Assembly: GCA_950097015.1 (NCBI GenBank)
Contig: CATNEN010000007.1
Span: forward strand, 248,001 to 312,000
Direction of reading: 5' to 3'
DNA: 64,000 nt
Source of the DNA: Macrostomum hystrix
Taxonomy: Eukaryota; Animalia; Platyhelminthes
In this document: positions 13,076 to 25,500 of the stretch, in pieces
Layout: the number at the start of each line of letters is the position of its first letter
Numbering within the stretch: the stretch's first letter is position 1
Notes under the pieces: generated by a model
Told to the model about the DNA's origin: nothing
What the model saw: the letters and a program-made list of their open reading frames with translations, nothing else
Database searches by the model: none
Program-made: the position numbers and the translations under genes

Positions 13076-13838
13076 TTCATTCAGAATCCAGTTCATTCAG
13101 AATCCAGTTCATTCAGAATCCAGTTCGTTCAGAATCCAGTTCATTCAGAATCCAGTTCATTCAGAATCCAGTTCATTCAGAATCCAGTTCATTTAGAGTC
13201 CAGTTCATTTAGAATCCAGTTCATTCAGAATCCAGTTCATTCAGAATCCAGTTCATTCAGAATCCAGTTCATTCAGAATCCAGTTCATTCAGAATCCAGT
13301 TCGTTCAGAATCCAGTTCATTCAGAATCCAGTTCATTCAGAATCCAGTTCATTCAGAATCCAGTTCATTCAGAATCCAGTTCATTCATTGTCAAGTTCAT
13401 TCAGAGTCCAGTTCGTTTAGAATCCAGTTCATTCAGAATTCAGTTCATTCAGAATCCAGTTCGTTCAGAATCCAGTTCATTCAGAATCCAGTTCATTCAT
13501 TGTCAAGTTCATTCATTGTCAAGTTCATTCATTGTCAAGTTCATTCAGAATCCAGTTCATTCAAAATCCAGCTCATTCAGAATCCAGTTCATTCAGAATC
13601 CAGTTCATTCATTGTCAAGTTCATTCAGAGTCCAGTTCGTTTAGAATCCAGTTCATTTAGAATCCAGTTCATTCAGAATCCAGTTCATTCAGAATCCAGT
13701 TCATTCAGAATCCAGTTTATTCAGAATCCAGTTCATTCAGAATCCAGTTCATTCATTGTCAAGTTCATTCATTGTCAATTTCATTCAGAGTCCAGTTCGT
13801 TTAGAATCCAGTTCATTCAGAATTCAGTTCATTCAGAA
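13076..13838. repeat. 16-bp minisatellite upstream of Speedy
   Basis: Unit gttcattcagaatcca, about 47 copies with variant gttcattcattgtcaa. Confidence 0.95.
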
Positions 13839-13968
13839 CCAACGTCATTGAGAAAAAAGTTCATCAGATCTGAATTAGTATCTTTCGAATTCCCTTCTAG
13901 ACGAAGTCTCACTGTGCCTGCCTGTCCGATTTCAGTGGCCTTCGCTCTCCTGCTCCTATTTAACCGGC

Positions 13969-16426
13969 ATGCTGGCCAACGCAACGCATCGGGTCGCCTC
14001 ATTTGTGCGCGAATTCTTTGGCGACGATGACGGCGACAGCGACGGCGACCGCGCCAGCCGGCTGCGGCAGCTGGATGATGATGATGTGATCATCAGCTGC
14101 ACTACAACGGCGACAGCAACTACCGAGGCGTCCACTCTACCGAAGAATCCGCCCGCCGAGAATCGACGCGGCAACGGCTACGAAAGCGGCTGCACTAGCA
14201 GCGGTGGCAGCCTTGCGAAGCCGCAGCGACACCAGACTGTTGGTTTGGAATTCGTTGAAGAATCAGACGACGACGACGATAGCGACATCGCCAGCGAGTC
14301 CGAATTGTCGCTGGCCGAATTGATCCGGCGTCTGCGTCACTATGGCAACCTGCTGGCCAAAGACGAAGTTATTAGCCGCTTCCTAAGCGAAGACACCTGC
14401 CTGCGGCTGGCGGACAAGACCCTGCTGGCCATCGCCTTCGTGTACTTTGTCCGCAGCCGTCTGCGCCTGAGCGAGTACACTCGCTCCAATTTCTTCGCCT
14501 GCCTTTGGCTGGCCCACGAGACCGAGGAGGAGTATGACAACCTGCGCCTGTCCCTGCTGCCCGCCTGGCTGGGCACCCGTTGGAAGCGATTGCTCAAGCA
14601 CGCTGGCAAGGCCAGGACTGCGTGAGTCCTTGGCTGGAATATGAGCACATGGACTCTGGGCATCCTTGCTGGGAATGGGGATTGAGTTCTGAACATCTAG
14701 GATGGGATAAAGAACTAAGTGGGAATGGGAATCTAGCTGGGATTGAGTTCTGAACATCTAGGATGGGATAAAGAACTAAGTGGGAATGGGAATCTAGCTG
14801 GGATTGAGTTCTGAACATCTAGGATGGGATAAAGAACTAAGTGGGAATGGGAATCTAGCTGGGATTGAGTTCTGAACATCTAGGATGGGATAAAGAACTA
14901 AGTGGGAATGGGAATCTAGCTGGGATTGAGTTCTGAACATCTAGGATGGGATAAAGAACTAAGTGGGAATGGGAATCTAGCTGGGATTGAGTTCTGAACA
15001 TCTAGGATGGGATAAAGAACTAAGTGGGAATGGGAATCTAGCTGGGATTGAGTTCTGAACATCTAGGATGGGATAAAGAACTAAGTGGGAATGGGAATCT
15101 AGCTGGGATTGAGTTCTGAACATCTAGGATGGGATAAAGAACTAAGTGGGAATGGGAATCTAGCTGGGATTGAGTTCTGAACATCTAGGATGGGATAAAG
15201 AACTAAGTGGGAATGGGAATCTAGCTGGGATTGAGTTCTGAACATCTAGGATGGGATAAAGAACTAAGTGGGAATGGGAATCTAGCTGGGATTGAGTTCT
15301 GAACATCTAGGATGGGATAAAGAACTAAGTGGGAATGGGAATCTAGCTGGGATTGAGTTCTGAACATCTAGGATGGGATAAAGAACTAAGTGGGAATGGG
15401 AATCTAGCTGGGATTGAGTTCTGAACATCTAGGATGGGATAAAGAACTAAGTGGGAATGGGAATCTAGCTGGGATTGAGTTCTGAACATCTAGGATGGGA
15501 TAAAGAACTAAGTGGGAATGGGAATCTAGCTGGGATTGAGTTCTGAACATCTAGGATGGGATAAAGAACTAAGTGGGAATGGGAATCTAGGTTTAGATAA
15601 GAATCGTTTTGAAATGAGGACTTATGTGTGGAAGGGTTCTACATGTAAGTATAAATAGGGATCTTGGATGGTTGGGATCGGGGATCTAGTTGGGATTGGG
15701 GATCTAGTTGGGATTGGGGATCTAGTTGGGATCGGGGATCTAGCTGAGATCGGGATCTAGCGGGGATCTTGATGGTCTGGATGTAGATAGGGATTTCGGT
15801 TAGGAAGGAAATTTAGGAAGGAATAGAGATCTAGTTTAGGAAAATTATCCTGTCTGATCATGTGCAGCTAATGTAATTATTTGAGTGGGAATGGAGATTG
15901 ATTTCCGAAATCCTCTCTCCTAAATGGCAGTCTGTGGCGCCGCATGAACTACCGCACTGTGGTCACGGACACCCAGCTGGCTCCCATTGTTTCGCGCCTG
16001 AATCGGCACCTGCCACACCTGGCCTGCCGCGAGCGACCGTCGGCTGGGCCGCACCCGACAGCCCTGCGGCACAGCCTGCAGCCGGCCTTCAGCCCCGGAG
16101 CCGAGTCCGGCCCGGCCTGCGTCTGGTGCCGCTCCGCCAATAGTCGGCGAGATCAAAAGAATCCCGACGCGTTTGACAGGCAGCAGCAACTGCAAAGCAA
16201 TATTCGCTTAAGACCTTTGCGTTATCGATCGATTATCGATCTGTCTCCGGAGCAGGGGAGCGGTCAAAAGTGCACTCATGAGCCAGGTCATATGGATACT
16301 CATAAGCGCACTCATGAGCCAACTCATGAGCCAGGTCATACGGACGATCATAAGCGCACTCGTGAGCCAGGTCCGCCTCCCGCTAAGCGCCCTAGACAAA
16401 AATTGATCAAGGACTCGCAACTATAA
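13969..16426 (+). CDS. SPDYA: Speedy/RINGO family CDK activator (382 aa, 2 exons)
   Basis: Exons 13969-14621 and 15931-16426, phase-2 intron gtgagt...ggcag. The Speedy box ISRFLSEDTCLRLADKTLLAIAFVYFVRS...YTRSNFFACLWLAHETEEE continues across the intron into ALWRRMNYRTVV...RER, matching the DKYLLAMV..YF.RA / FFLALYLANDMEED / W.RMxYRA.V pattern. Confidence 0.9.
14677..15589. repeat. 61-bp minisatellite filling the Speedy intron
   Basis: Unit gggattgagttctgaacatctaggatgggataaagaactaagtgggaatgggaatctagct, about 15 essentially identical copies. Confidence 0.95.
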
Positions 16427-17590
16427 TATATTTTAATTGAGTATAGACCACCTGACAGTTCTATCGCCAATTTATCAGTTTTGCATAGAATGTTTATCTC
16501 CGTTATCAATCGGAGGAAGTGTTTCACGTTTTCGTTATTTGTTTTGCTTTTTTATACTTCTGTTAGTGCATTTCCGGAATTGTTTTCCAATTCCCAAGTA
16601 GAATTGATAAGTTTTCATAGTGAGAACAATTGTGGCTTTCTGATGCTCTCTATATAGGCACTGGCTAGATTTTCCGTGCCGCATCGTTTAACCTTTTGGC
16701 TGCTAATTTCAAACTGTTTTTTGTATTGTTTTTAGTTGTTGCTTTTTGATGATTTTAAAGCTGTTAAATGTGCAGTTACTCACTCCAAGTCTGTCCTAGA
16801 AATAGAGAAACAGTTTCTCCGTTGTTTGTCACATTTTTTTGAAAAATATAATTGAATTAACCAGATTTTACACTTAGTTTATACCTGTATATATTTTGGT
16901 TATCCAACAATTGTTTGCTCCCTAACCGGCCTTCAAATTGGCGAGTTATTTTTCTAAGTAAGTCATTTAATCGTAACTTTCAGACATACATGCAGGCATT
17001 GGTTAAATGTTAGTTAAGTAGCTTGTCATGCAAGACAAACTCGAATTCTGGAAGTCTCGGGTAAGATACTGGTTGTGTTAGAATATTCGGGTGGATTGGA
17101 ATATTTTTTATTTAACTACTTTTATTTAAATACAAAAAGACTATTAATAAAAATACATCATAATTCAGAAAACTCGATTATGAGTTGCAATCCTTTTAAG
17201 AACTTAATTTGAACGTGTAAAACTTCTGAAGTTTGCTCATGCAACTCTGCAATTGAAATATGTGGCAGCTTTAATAAATTAAATATTAAACGGACAGTTC
17301 CACGCCTGAGCGTCCAGCTAAAAGCCATCAATCACAAGAAAATTTTGGCATGCTGAACCTAAGGAGGAAGAACCTAGAAGAAGACCAATTCTTTTTGTGA
17401 TCCTTGGCTGAACCAATCATGTGCGCAGCGGGTTAACATAGTCACTAAAACTTTTTGCTCTGATTCGGGAAGACGCGCAATCAGCTTTAGCATCTTTTTC
17501 TTGGTACACTTTAAGCGCCTTGCGAAAACGCGACGATCTTCGTATATGGTTGTACGCTGCACCCGTGTTGACAGAGATAGGGTCTAAGAA

Positions 17591-18003
17591 ACGGTAATCG
17601 AACATGCGCGACGGTTGCCTAATGGGCAAATCAGAACATGTTCTTTGTTCCGAGAACATGCAGTTCTTTTTAATTTATAAGGCTTCGTAATGTAAAAATA
17701 TATTAAAATATAAAAAAATAAAAAATCTAAAAAAAAGTTGAGAGAAAACTATATGGCTGACTAATATGTACGTTAAGTGCTGGTGAACTAGGATATTACT
17801 AGACATATTATGGCCGTTTAACTCTGTCTTGTTTGTTGACCTCATGCCAAGGAAGGCATAGTTTTTTCTTCATTATTTTTTCTTCACCTAGCGGTATTTA
17901 ATATACATTAAGTAGCCTTATTAATTTTAAAGAACATGTTCTCGGAACAAAGAACATGTTCGGAGTTGCCTATTAGGCGACCGTCGCGCATGTTCGATGT
18001 AGC
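17591..18003. mobile_element. MITE with ~90-bp imperfect TIRs
   Basis: tcgaacatgcgcgacgg...gttccgagaacatg...ataaggct near 17598-17685 is inverted at about 17913-17998. ctaagaa flanks both sides (17584-17590, 18004-18010). Confidence 0.7.
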
Positions 18004-19001
18004 CTAAGAATCGTCAACACGGCTGGTCAGCTGTACATAGTTTGAACATACTGTATAACAAATTCTAATACAGCATAGCGCTTTACATGTAATAGACAAA
18101 TAAAGTATATAAATTCCTACTTTTTTGAATGAAATCGTGATTAAAAAATAAGAAATAGAAAAATAAGGAGACGGAGTGGGTGGATACAGTGCGATAACTT
18201 AAACGCAGTCAAAAACGAAAATTCAATACATTAAGACACAATCTGGCTTATGACTAGCCCGCTATAAAAACAGTTTGATAATGTGTAATTGAAGCCGTCT
18301 AATCGGGGACGAGACACAAGTTTTAAATGGCTTCTTTATGTATAATCCTATCACAGTAGATTATGGAGAAAGATAATCATTTTAGTTTAAGCTTGCAGTT
18401 TTGCTTGAGTAAGTTATTTTCCATTTTTAATCCTCTTTGTCTTTGTTTGATTATTTTCTTGAGAATTTCCATTAATATATATGTTTTAGGAGCTTGTTTA
18501 TTTTTTACAATTAATTTTTTCTTAGACCTAGTCAATACTCAATATCCTATCTACTACATCCAATTGTCTATTGCCATTTCATGTATTGCCTCTTAACTAT
18601 TATATATTGGCCAATATCACATTTAGCTACATGTAGTTATTGAGACGTCAGTTACTTTTAAAGGTTTGGAAACTATATTTTAAAACATATTTCAGTTAGG
18701 ATTTATTAAAAAAGTGGCATATTCTTAGCTACTAGAAATCTATTATCTATAATATATGCTAAAACTAGCTTTTTTTGCCCGTTGTTTTTGGGGCGGAAAT
18801 TTAAAGCAAAGCAGTAAGCAATTCACGTCTCTGTATTAACTTTATAGTGAAGGTCACCATTTATTTATTTACTGCATTAATGAAAAGTGAAGAGTTTGTT
18901 TAAGGGCGTTTTAAGTAAAAAATAAGTGAAAAGTTTGTCCAAACAGCCCCCTCTTGATTACTTCTTTAGAAACATGTCTCTTAGCCACTCCTCTATACAG
19001 T

Positions 19002-19262
19002 CAGTGCCAGTGGCAGAGCCAGGAATTTTGTTTTGGGGCAGTCTGTCAGGGTAGTGCCATGAGAATCACAGAGGGGGTGCCAGCGGCCGAAAAAGGGCGC
19101 CAGGAGCAAAGAAAGGGCGCCAGCGGCTGAAAATCGGGAGCCAGCGGCTGAAAAAGGGGCGCCAGCGGCTGGTGGGGGCATCTTATTCCCATGATTAAAA
19201 TTTAGGGGGGCGACTGCCCCCCCGCCCCCCCCCCCCCCCCCCCCCCCCTAAATCTGCCTCTG
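19002..19262. mobile_element. hAT-type MITE nested in the Helitron
   Basis: 8-bp TSD tatacagt at 18994-19001 and 19263-19270; imperfect TIR cagtggcagagcc / aaatctgcctctg; internal ggggggcgactgcccccc palindrome and poly-C. Confidence 0.7.
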
Positions 19263-19414
19263 TATACAGTATGCATGTACACGCGTATACATAAGGAAAA
19301 TAGCCATGGCATAACAATAACAATGTCAAAGAAACAAAATTAAACTGTTTCAGAGTTCAGAGTTAGACAGGTCAAGGTCAATTCGTGACTACTTTTCTAT
19401 TAATTGCTTGCGAG

Positions 19415-20110
19415 TCACCTCAAGGCCTGGGGATACACCACATTCTTCGTTCTTCCCCTTGGTGCGAAAATGAATAGGCCAGCTGGAGTTCCAACACGGG
19501 AGCAGGCGACATAAAGCTGCCCATGCAAGAAGCAAGGAGTCTCCAGGTTGATGCCAGCCACCTTCAGCGACTGTCCCTGAGCCTTATTAATAGTCATCGC
19601 AAAGCACACTCTCACAGGGAACTGCAGTCGCTTGAACTGAAATGGCAGGTCCGTGGGGATAATTGGAATCCAGGGAACGAACACAGACTCTCCTCTGCCA
19701 GATCCAGTCATTATCGTGGCCTCAATCACGTGTGGGAAGAGCCGCCTGACTATCAGTCTGGTGCCGTTACACAGCCTTGGCGCATTCAGGTTGCGGAGGA
19801 GCATAATTGGTGCCCCAACTTTCAGCTGCAAGTTGTGCGATGGAGTTCCAGGAGGATCTAGAGAGTTCAGAAACTCAACAGGATACTCCACAGCGGTGTC
19901 ATCAGTCAACGTTGTATCAATTGACTTGTAGGTGAAAACTGCACCTGGCAACTCCTGAAGCAGTTGGTAGTTAATTTCGTTGGTGGCATCATTTCTAGGA
20001 CACAGAATTGCCCTCTCTGACAGCCAGTCAACGTCAGCATATCGAGAGAAATAGGCTGGCTGGAGAGAAATATCGACCGGAGAGCCCTGCGCACTGGGAC
20101 GCCACCGCAC
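19415..20110 (-). pseudogene. Helitron Pif1-family helicase C-terminal fragment
   Basis: RAILCPRN, LQLKVGAPIMLLRNLNAPRLCNGTRL, FKRLQFPVRVCFAMTINKAQGQSL, HGQLYVACSRV, TKNVVY. The Rep domain and Walker A are absent. Confidence 0.9.
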
Positions 20111-21160
20111 TCACCGCACTCAGTCTCAGTGCTGCTTGGGGGCCAGTAGACAGTCTAGGGGTTTGGGCTGTGTACATTCACGGCTTGAAATACAATGTAC
20201 AGTCTGGGGCTTCGGCGCCCAGGGAAGGGAGGGGGTGGCTGTAATAAAATTTGGCCCGCAGAGTGGCGGAGGGGAGTTGGGGTGGCTGTCCTCGGAAAAC
20301 AAAAAGTGACTCACTTTGAGATGATGCAGCTTTGCTCTGGATTGAGTAGAGATGTTCAAAATTGACAGCATTGTTGGAAAACATGTAAAGTGTAAGTGGA
20401 TCAAATTTGGAGAAAATCTGACAAAGTGGGGCGACAATATGTTGAATTGAGTGATTTTTTGACGATTTTTGAGCAGTTTTTTGCTTTTTTGAGCAGGAAG
20501 GAAATGATTTTTCGGGAATTTGAGTAGCCTATTGCACTCAGCGTAGGTGGTTTTAGGTATGTGCAAAGTTTGGTGCGATTTGGTTGAGCGGTTTCGGTGT
20601 CTATAAAGACAAAAGGTTGCACACACACAGACAGACAGACAGAGTTTTCACTTTTATATATATAGATTATTGGTTAAATGAAGCAATCAATCATCTCTCT
20701 GTCTTTGCCTGTAATTGCTAAGTTTCAGCATTCAGCAGTCACTAGGCAGCTGATCTATTTTATAAAATTTCTAGCTTCAGTTAGCAGCTAGCTAATGCTT
20801 ATATATCTAAGTAAAAATACTTAGTTTGCTTTTGCTTTTAAAATTGTACAATTAAGTGATTGTTAGCAAATTTTTTTTGCATCAAAGCAAAAACAACTAT
20901 CACTCTCAAATGTTGCTAGCTAGCTAGTAGAACACATTTATTACTTGATAATAGCAAATATTGATCAGCTAATATATCATATTGATCAAAATATCCTATA
21001 TATCACAATATCATAATTTTGTGGCTTCAATTGAAGTAGGGCCTGATAAAGCACTTAAGCACAAAAGGCAAAGCTACATAATAGATAAGTGCATATTATT
21101 ATGACAGCAAAGCAATAGTATATTGTGTATAATATGTTCTTTCTAGATAGCTGCTACTAT

Positions 21161-21519
21161 AATAATAATAATTGCAGGAGTGCTGCCAGCAACACTTGGC
21201 ACATCATTTAGTGACCCGCAGCCAGCGAGGAGGCAATTCTGCCCAGTTTGCTGACTCATGAGCATATGTGCACACAGATGATGTACACAGGCATACACTC
21301 ACACAGGTGTGTACATCTGCCCTGACTTTCTCATCGTTAGGCAGTGTACACTTCACTGTGCCTTGGAGGTTGGCACTCAAGGGCGTAAATTGCACAACAA
21401 GCCCTCAAGCCTTCTCTCCGTGGCTGCGCCCCAAATAAATGTGGCCTCGCCATGGAATCGAACTTAATGACCGTGGTGCGAGAGGCAAATGCGATAACCT
21501 CTCTGCCACTGACCCCCTT
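21161..21519 (-). mobile_element. tRNA-derived SINE, copy 2
   Basis: Reverse complement of copy 1, with B box gttcgattcc and (TTA)n tail. TSD tagctgcta(c/t)tat at 21148-21160 and 21520-21532. Confidence 0.85.
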
Positions 21520-21845
21520 TAGCTGCTATTATCTAGCTAGTAAGCATAAAACATAATTATACTCAAGTACAGACTAGTCTAGTAGTTATTACAAACTAGT
21601 TTAAGGAGCCATCAGAAACCTAAACTCAATTGATAACTTTGTTATATTGATAAATATATTCACAAATGGCAGTTTTTGCATTAAAAAAGACTCTTCACCA
21701 CCTGGTCGTTCACTTTAACTCAGTAACTAAGTATTTCAAGACTAATAACTACCATCTTCTAGAAAATAATCTCATGTAGTTTTCTACAAATTTTTTAACG
21801 TAATAATTTTAAATAATGAATTTTTCATTCCCTTGTCTCAATTAG

Positions 21846-22544
21846 TTCCATTTGAAGAGACTGCTGGGGTGAAGTACAACGCCAGCTCCAAGGTCCTGAA
21901 GCGACTGCACCGATACCTGCAGCAGCATCAGGATGAGCTGTCCAGCCTGCTTTCATTCGCTGGTAGGCTCGCGACCATACAAATTCAAATTGCGTCTACA
22001 TCGGATGGCAGTACCTGCAGTAGCAGCAGCAGCGGTGGCGGAAGCGACGACTCAGACAGCGATGAGAACAGGGAGCTGGGCAGACTGTCTCGACTGGTCA
22101 TCAGCATTGAAGTAAGCGCCAGCCAGCAGGTGGTTCAGCTGAAACAGTTTCTGCAGTCTGGTCAACTGGACGCCTGGCTCACCGACCTGCTGCCCAAGGT
22201 GAAGGGACTCAAGTTTTTCCGTGTAATTCTGGGCAAGGCCTACTACTCGGCTGTGCTCAGAAGGCTCAGAAAGGAGGAGTAAGCCAATTATTTATTATTA
22301 TAATTATTAAAACTGAGTTATTTGCATAGATAGTCTAGTTAATAATACTGCTTTTGCAACTTCAATTTTCAGAAAGCGACTCAAAAAACAGGCTTCGAGA
22401 AAGCGTCAGCAGTCACCGGGCAGCCCTGTTCCTAAGGCTGCAGGTGTGGATGCCGGCCAACCACAGTGTCGACTCAGGCTACCGAAGCCTCCGCCATCGA
22501 CTGGTGCTTTGGATTTGGAATCATCTGATGAAACTGATGGTCCT
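21846..22544 (+). CDS. Exons with a TRADD-like N-terminal domain and basic/Pro linker
   Basis: VISIEVSASQQVVQLKQFLQSGQLDAWLTDLL...VILGKAYYSAVLRRL fits the invertebrate TRADD-like-N pattern (SI.V...l..L...SG.L...L...Y). A phase-2 intron joins it to KRLKKQASRKR...ETDGP, which ends at a phase-0 donor. Confidence 0.5.
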
Positions 22545-25500
22545 GTAAGCCATGGTTGAGGAAATCGACATGGACAGGTTTACTGCATTTTAATAGCATT
22601 GCACTTTAGAGGTATAAAAACAGTCCTGAAATAAGTTTGGGCTTCAATCCACAATTTTATGGCATTGCTTTATCGATCAAAAGCAAGAGAAGATAAAGTA
22701 GTGAGTGAAAACAGATATTTTAAACTGTTATATTACACAGTTTCACCGTCTTGAAATTTCTGGCGTCGTAAACAATAGACAGCTTGCACTCTTGCAGCCC
22801 CACTTGTGCTGAGGCAGGGTGGCCAAATGAAAACGGAGTAGTAATAATTGAGAAGTTGAAAAGGAACGCAAGGATTGAAAAGTCTGCTCGCACTATTATG
22901 TGGAGAGCAACCGTTTACAATCTATTTTGACTGTCAAGACTGCCACATCAACAACCAACCCCCACCCCCGGCTTAGACCTGGTTTGGGCAGACAGTAAAA
23001 TCCCCCCAGCCAATCACCACGCGTCACGCGCTTGCACTCTAGGCGGCATACAAGCTGCATACACTACACCACTCAAGCCTGACAGGCTTGTATTATTAAA
23101 TCCATACGTCGATGTTATTGCAGCATTGTCGTTTAATATAAGTACAAGCGTATACATATATCTTGACTATATTTTGTAACAACTTTTCTTTACTGCTTTT
23201 TAGTGTTTTAAATTCGTTGCACATTTGTTGATTATTTTTTATTTACTACTTGTGGAACAAAAGCAACTTATAACTGTCATTTCACAACTTTGACCGTATT
23301 TGTAATCACACAAATAAAAATCGTAGCTAAAGGAATCTTCTTTACTCATGTTTCAGAGTTGGTTGCTGGAAGAAGAATATGCCAAGCTTTCACAGACTGC
23401 TCAGTCCAGCTATGTGAGTTCGGCTGTTAAATGACGGTTGAATTGTGCGAGCATATTTTGGGGCATTAAGATCCGAGTGCTGTTCTTAGCTGTATTATAA
23501 TTTGATATGGTTTTAGTATTATTGCACTGTGCTTAGAAAATCCGTAAGATATCCGTGAAAAAAAATTTTTAGGTGGCCTTCGAATTTCGCCTCTTCTGTG
23601 CTGACATTGTCAAACATTTCACTGAGCTTGCACCAAAGCAGTCCAGTCTAACTCAAGATCTAGAGCGGAGACTCGTCAAAACTGTACTGGATGCAACTTG
23701 TAGTGTAAAAGTGTCATTAAATCTAACCAATACAAAGAGAAGGAAATCTTCTTCGATTGAAATTAAAACCAACGCTTTAATTGACCTTTGTTACAACCTT
23801 CCCACTTGGCGTGTGTTCGTTTCTGTCAATGACATTGCCAGCATTGAGTACAGCTATGAGTTGAGCAACTGCAATTCGACTCCGCAGTTTAGAAGTGCGC
23901 AGCAACTTGAGGCTCTTTGTGAGTCCTCAGAGCTTATTGAGTCTCTAAAAGCGACTCGAGTTTCAGACGTGATTATTGATGGCTGCAAAAACACAATGGC
24001 CGTTCGCCTCATCGGCGGTGGGCTGAGAGAGTTTGAAACTCGTCCTCTCAGGGATGGCCAACGTGTCTGTTTTGACGCTCTGTTCCAGCCGTACATCAGC
24101 TGCGTTGCAGGAGAGGCGACTTTGTTCTGGAGAATCTTCGAGTCACACGCTGTTTCATTGGCCCTCACAGGAAGCCAATCGATTCCTGACCACGCGGAAG
24201 CTGCCATTGCCACAGATCTGTGTTGCACCGCGTTACTAGAAGGATGGCTGAAGACTGTGTCTAAAAATGCCAGCGGCAGTAGAATAGATTTAAGCGCCTG
24301 TGAATTCACGTCTGCTATAAAATATTTTCTCCTAGCTGCTGCCTGTTCACTAAAGCCATGCGGAATGACTTTGCTTTTCCGAATTTCGTTGGCTATTCAT
24401 CAACAATTCAGCGATACCAAAGAGCCCTTCTGGACTACAGAAGAGGCACATTTGCTGCTGCAATGTTTTCATCCGTCAGCTTTAGGTGATGCCGATTTGA
24501 AGGTCTTCGGCTTTCTGAATTCTTTTCTACCATCGTTTCTGCACATGTGCCATTGTGCCCAGCTGCTACACCCATCTTCGCAACCAGAGTTATTTCTGAG
24601 TTTGATAGAAAAAATGGGTCTTTGCGAGCGTGGCGCGGATAATTTTAGATCTGCATTCACCCGATACCTATTGAAGTCAGGCCTGATCAGGGACTTCACC
24701 GCAAAAAGTTTTATGATACTTATTTCTTCGATATTTAAACACTCAGTGGACTCAGGAGATCTGAGTGTTCTGTTGAATGAGTATCTAACAGTCAATGAGT
24801 TAGTGCAGACCCTCAATGATTTCAAATCTTGTGAAAATCTAACTTCTCCGCTACTGCAGATTGTGACTAATTGTAGTATCAAAGTTTCATTTAGAAAGCA
24901 ACTTAAAGAACTTCAGGCCAAGGAATTCTACCAGATATGCGATGTTATGACAAAGGTAAAAAGTTTACCGCGAGTTGATGAGCCCACCTGGCACTCTGAA
25001 GGAATTCCAGTTATCCGAGCTGTCGTTCTTGCCTCCGCCGCGTTAGGAAATGAAAATGAAAACTCATTGTCCAACCGACGGGCTCTCGCTGAGCTGCTGA
25101 GTTTGAGTGGTCTGCTTGACGAGCAGTTCACTCTGAACTTCATGGCCTCTGTGTTCCAGTCGAACTGCCAGTGGCTAGTTAAATCAGTTCTTGACAATTT
25201 TGATTCCACGCTGCTGCAGCATATTGACGCTTCAGAGTGTTGCGAGTTGGCGCCAGCTGTGACTCAACTCATTCGCCTGAGCTGTGAATACTATTACAAG
25301 TCTCCGTGTTTAGTGGCATCAGCTCTACGTGAAAAGTCCAGCAATGACCACTTCAGGACTGTTTGCCTGCAATGTGCGGTAGAGCTGCTCGCAGAGCAAC
25401 CGTTTACAAAGGCTTCTATCGAGATTAATTCTAGAGATGCAATTCATTCAACTGAACTCATAAGAGCGATTCTCCAAAGCTTTCACCAAAGACTGCTCAT

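Larger units (their letters stand above)
18765..20666 (-). mobile_element. Internally deleted Helitron
   Basis: Minus-strand 5' end A|TCTATATATATAAAAGTGAAAACTCTGTCTGTCTG. Candidate 3' end is a gccc...gggc hairpin then CTAG|T at 18765. Carries a Pif1 helicase fragment. The 3' boundary is less certain than the 5'. Confidence 0.7.

Noticed and set aside
13064-14030. IQNPVHSESSSFR repeat ORFs
   Set aside because: Products of the 16-bp minisatellite.
11821-15589. CRISPR-like appearance of regular arrays
   Set aside because: Head-to-tail units with no unique spacers, no cas genes, and a eukaryotic context.
17374-17562. 62-aa minus ORF beside the MITE
   Set aside because: Protein-like composition, but no recognisable family or linked exons.
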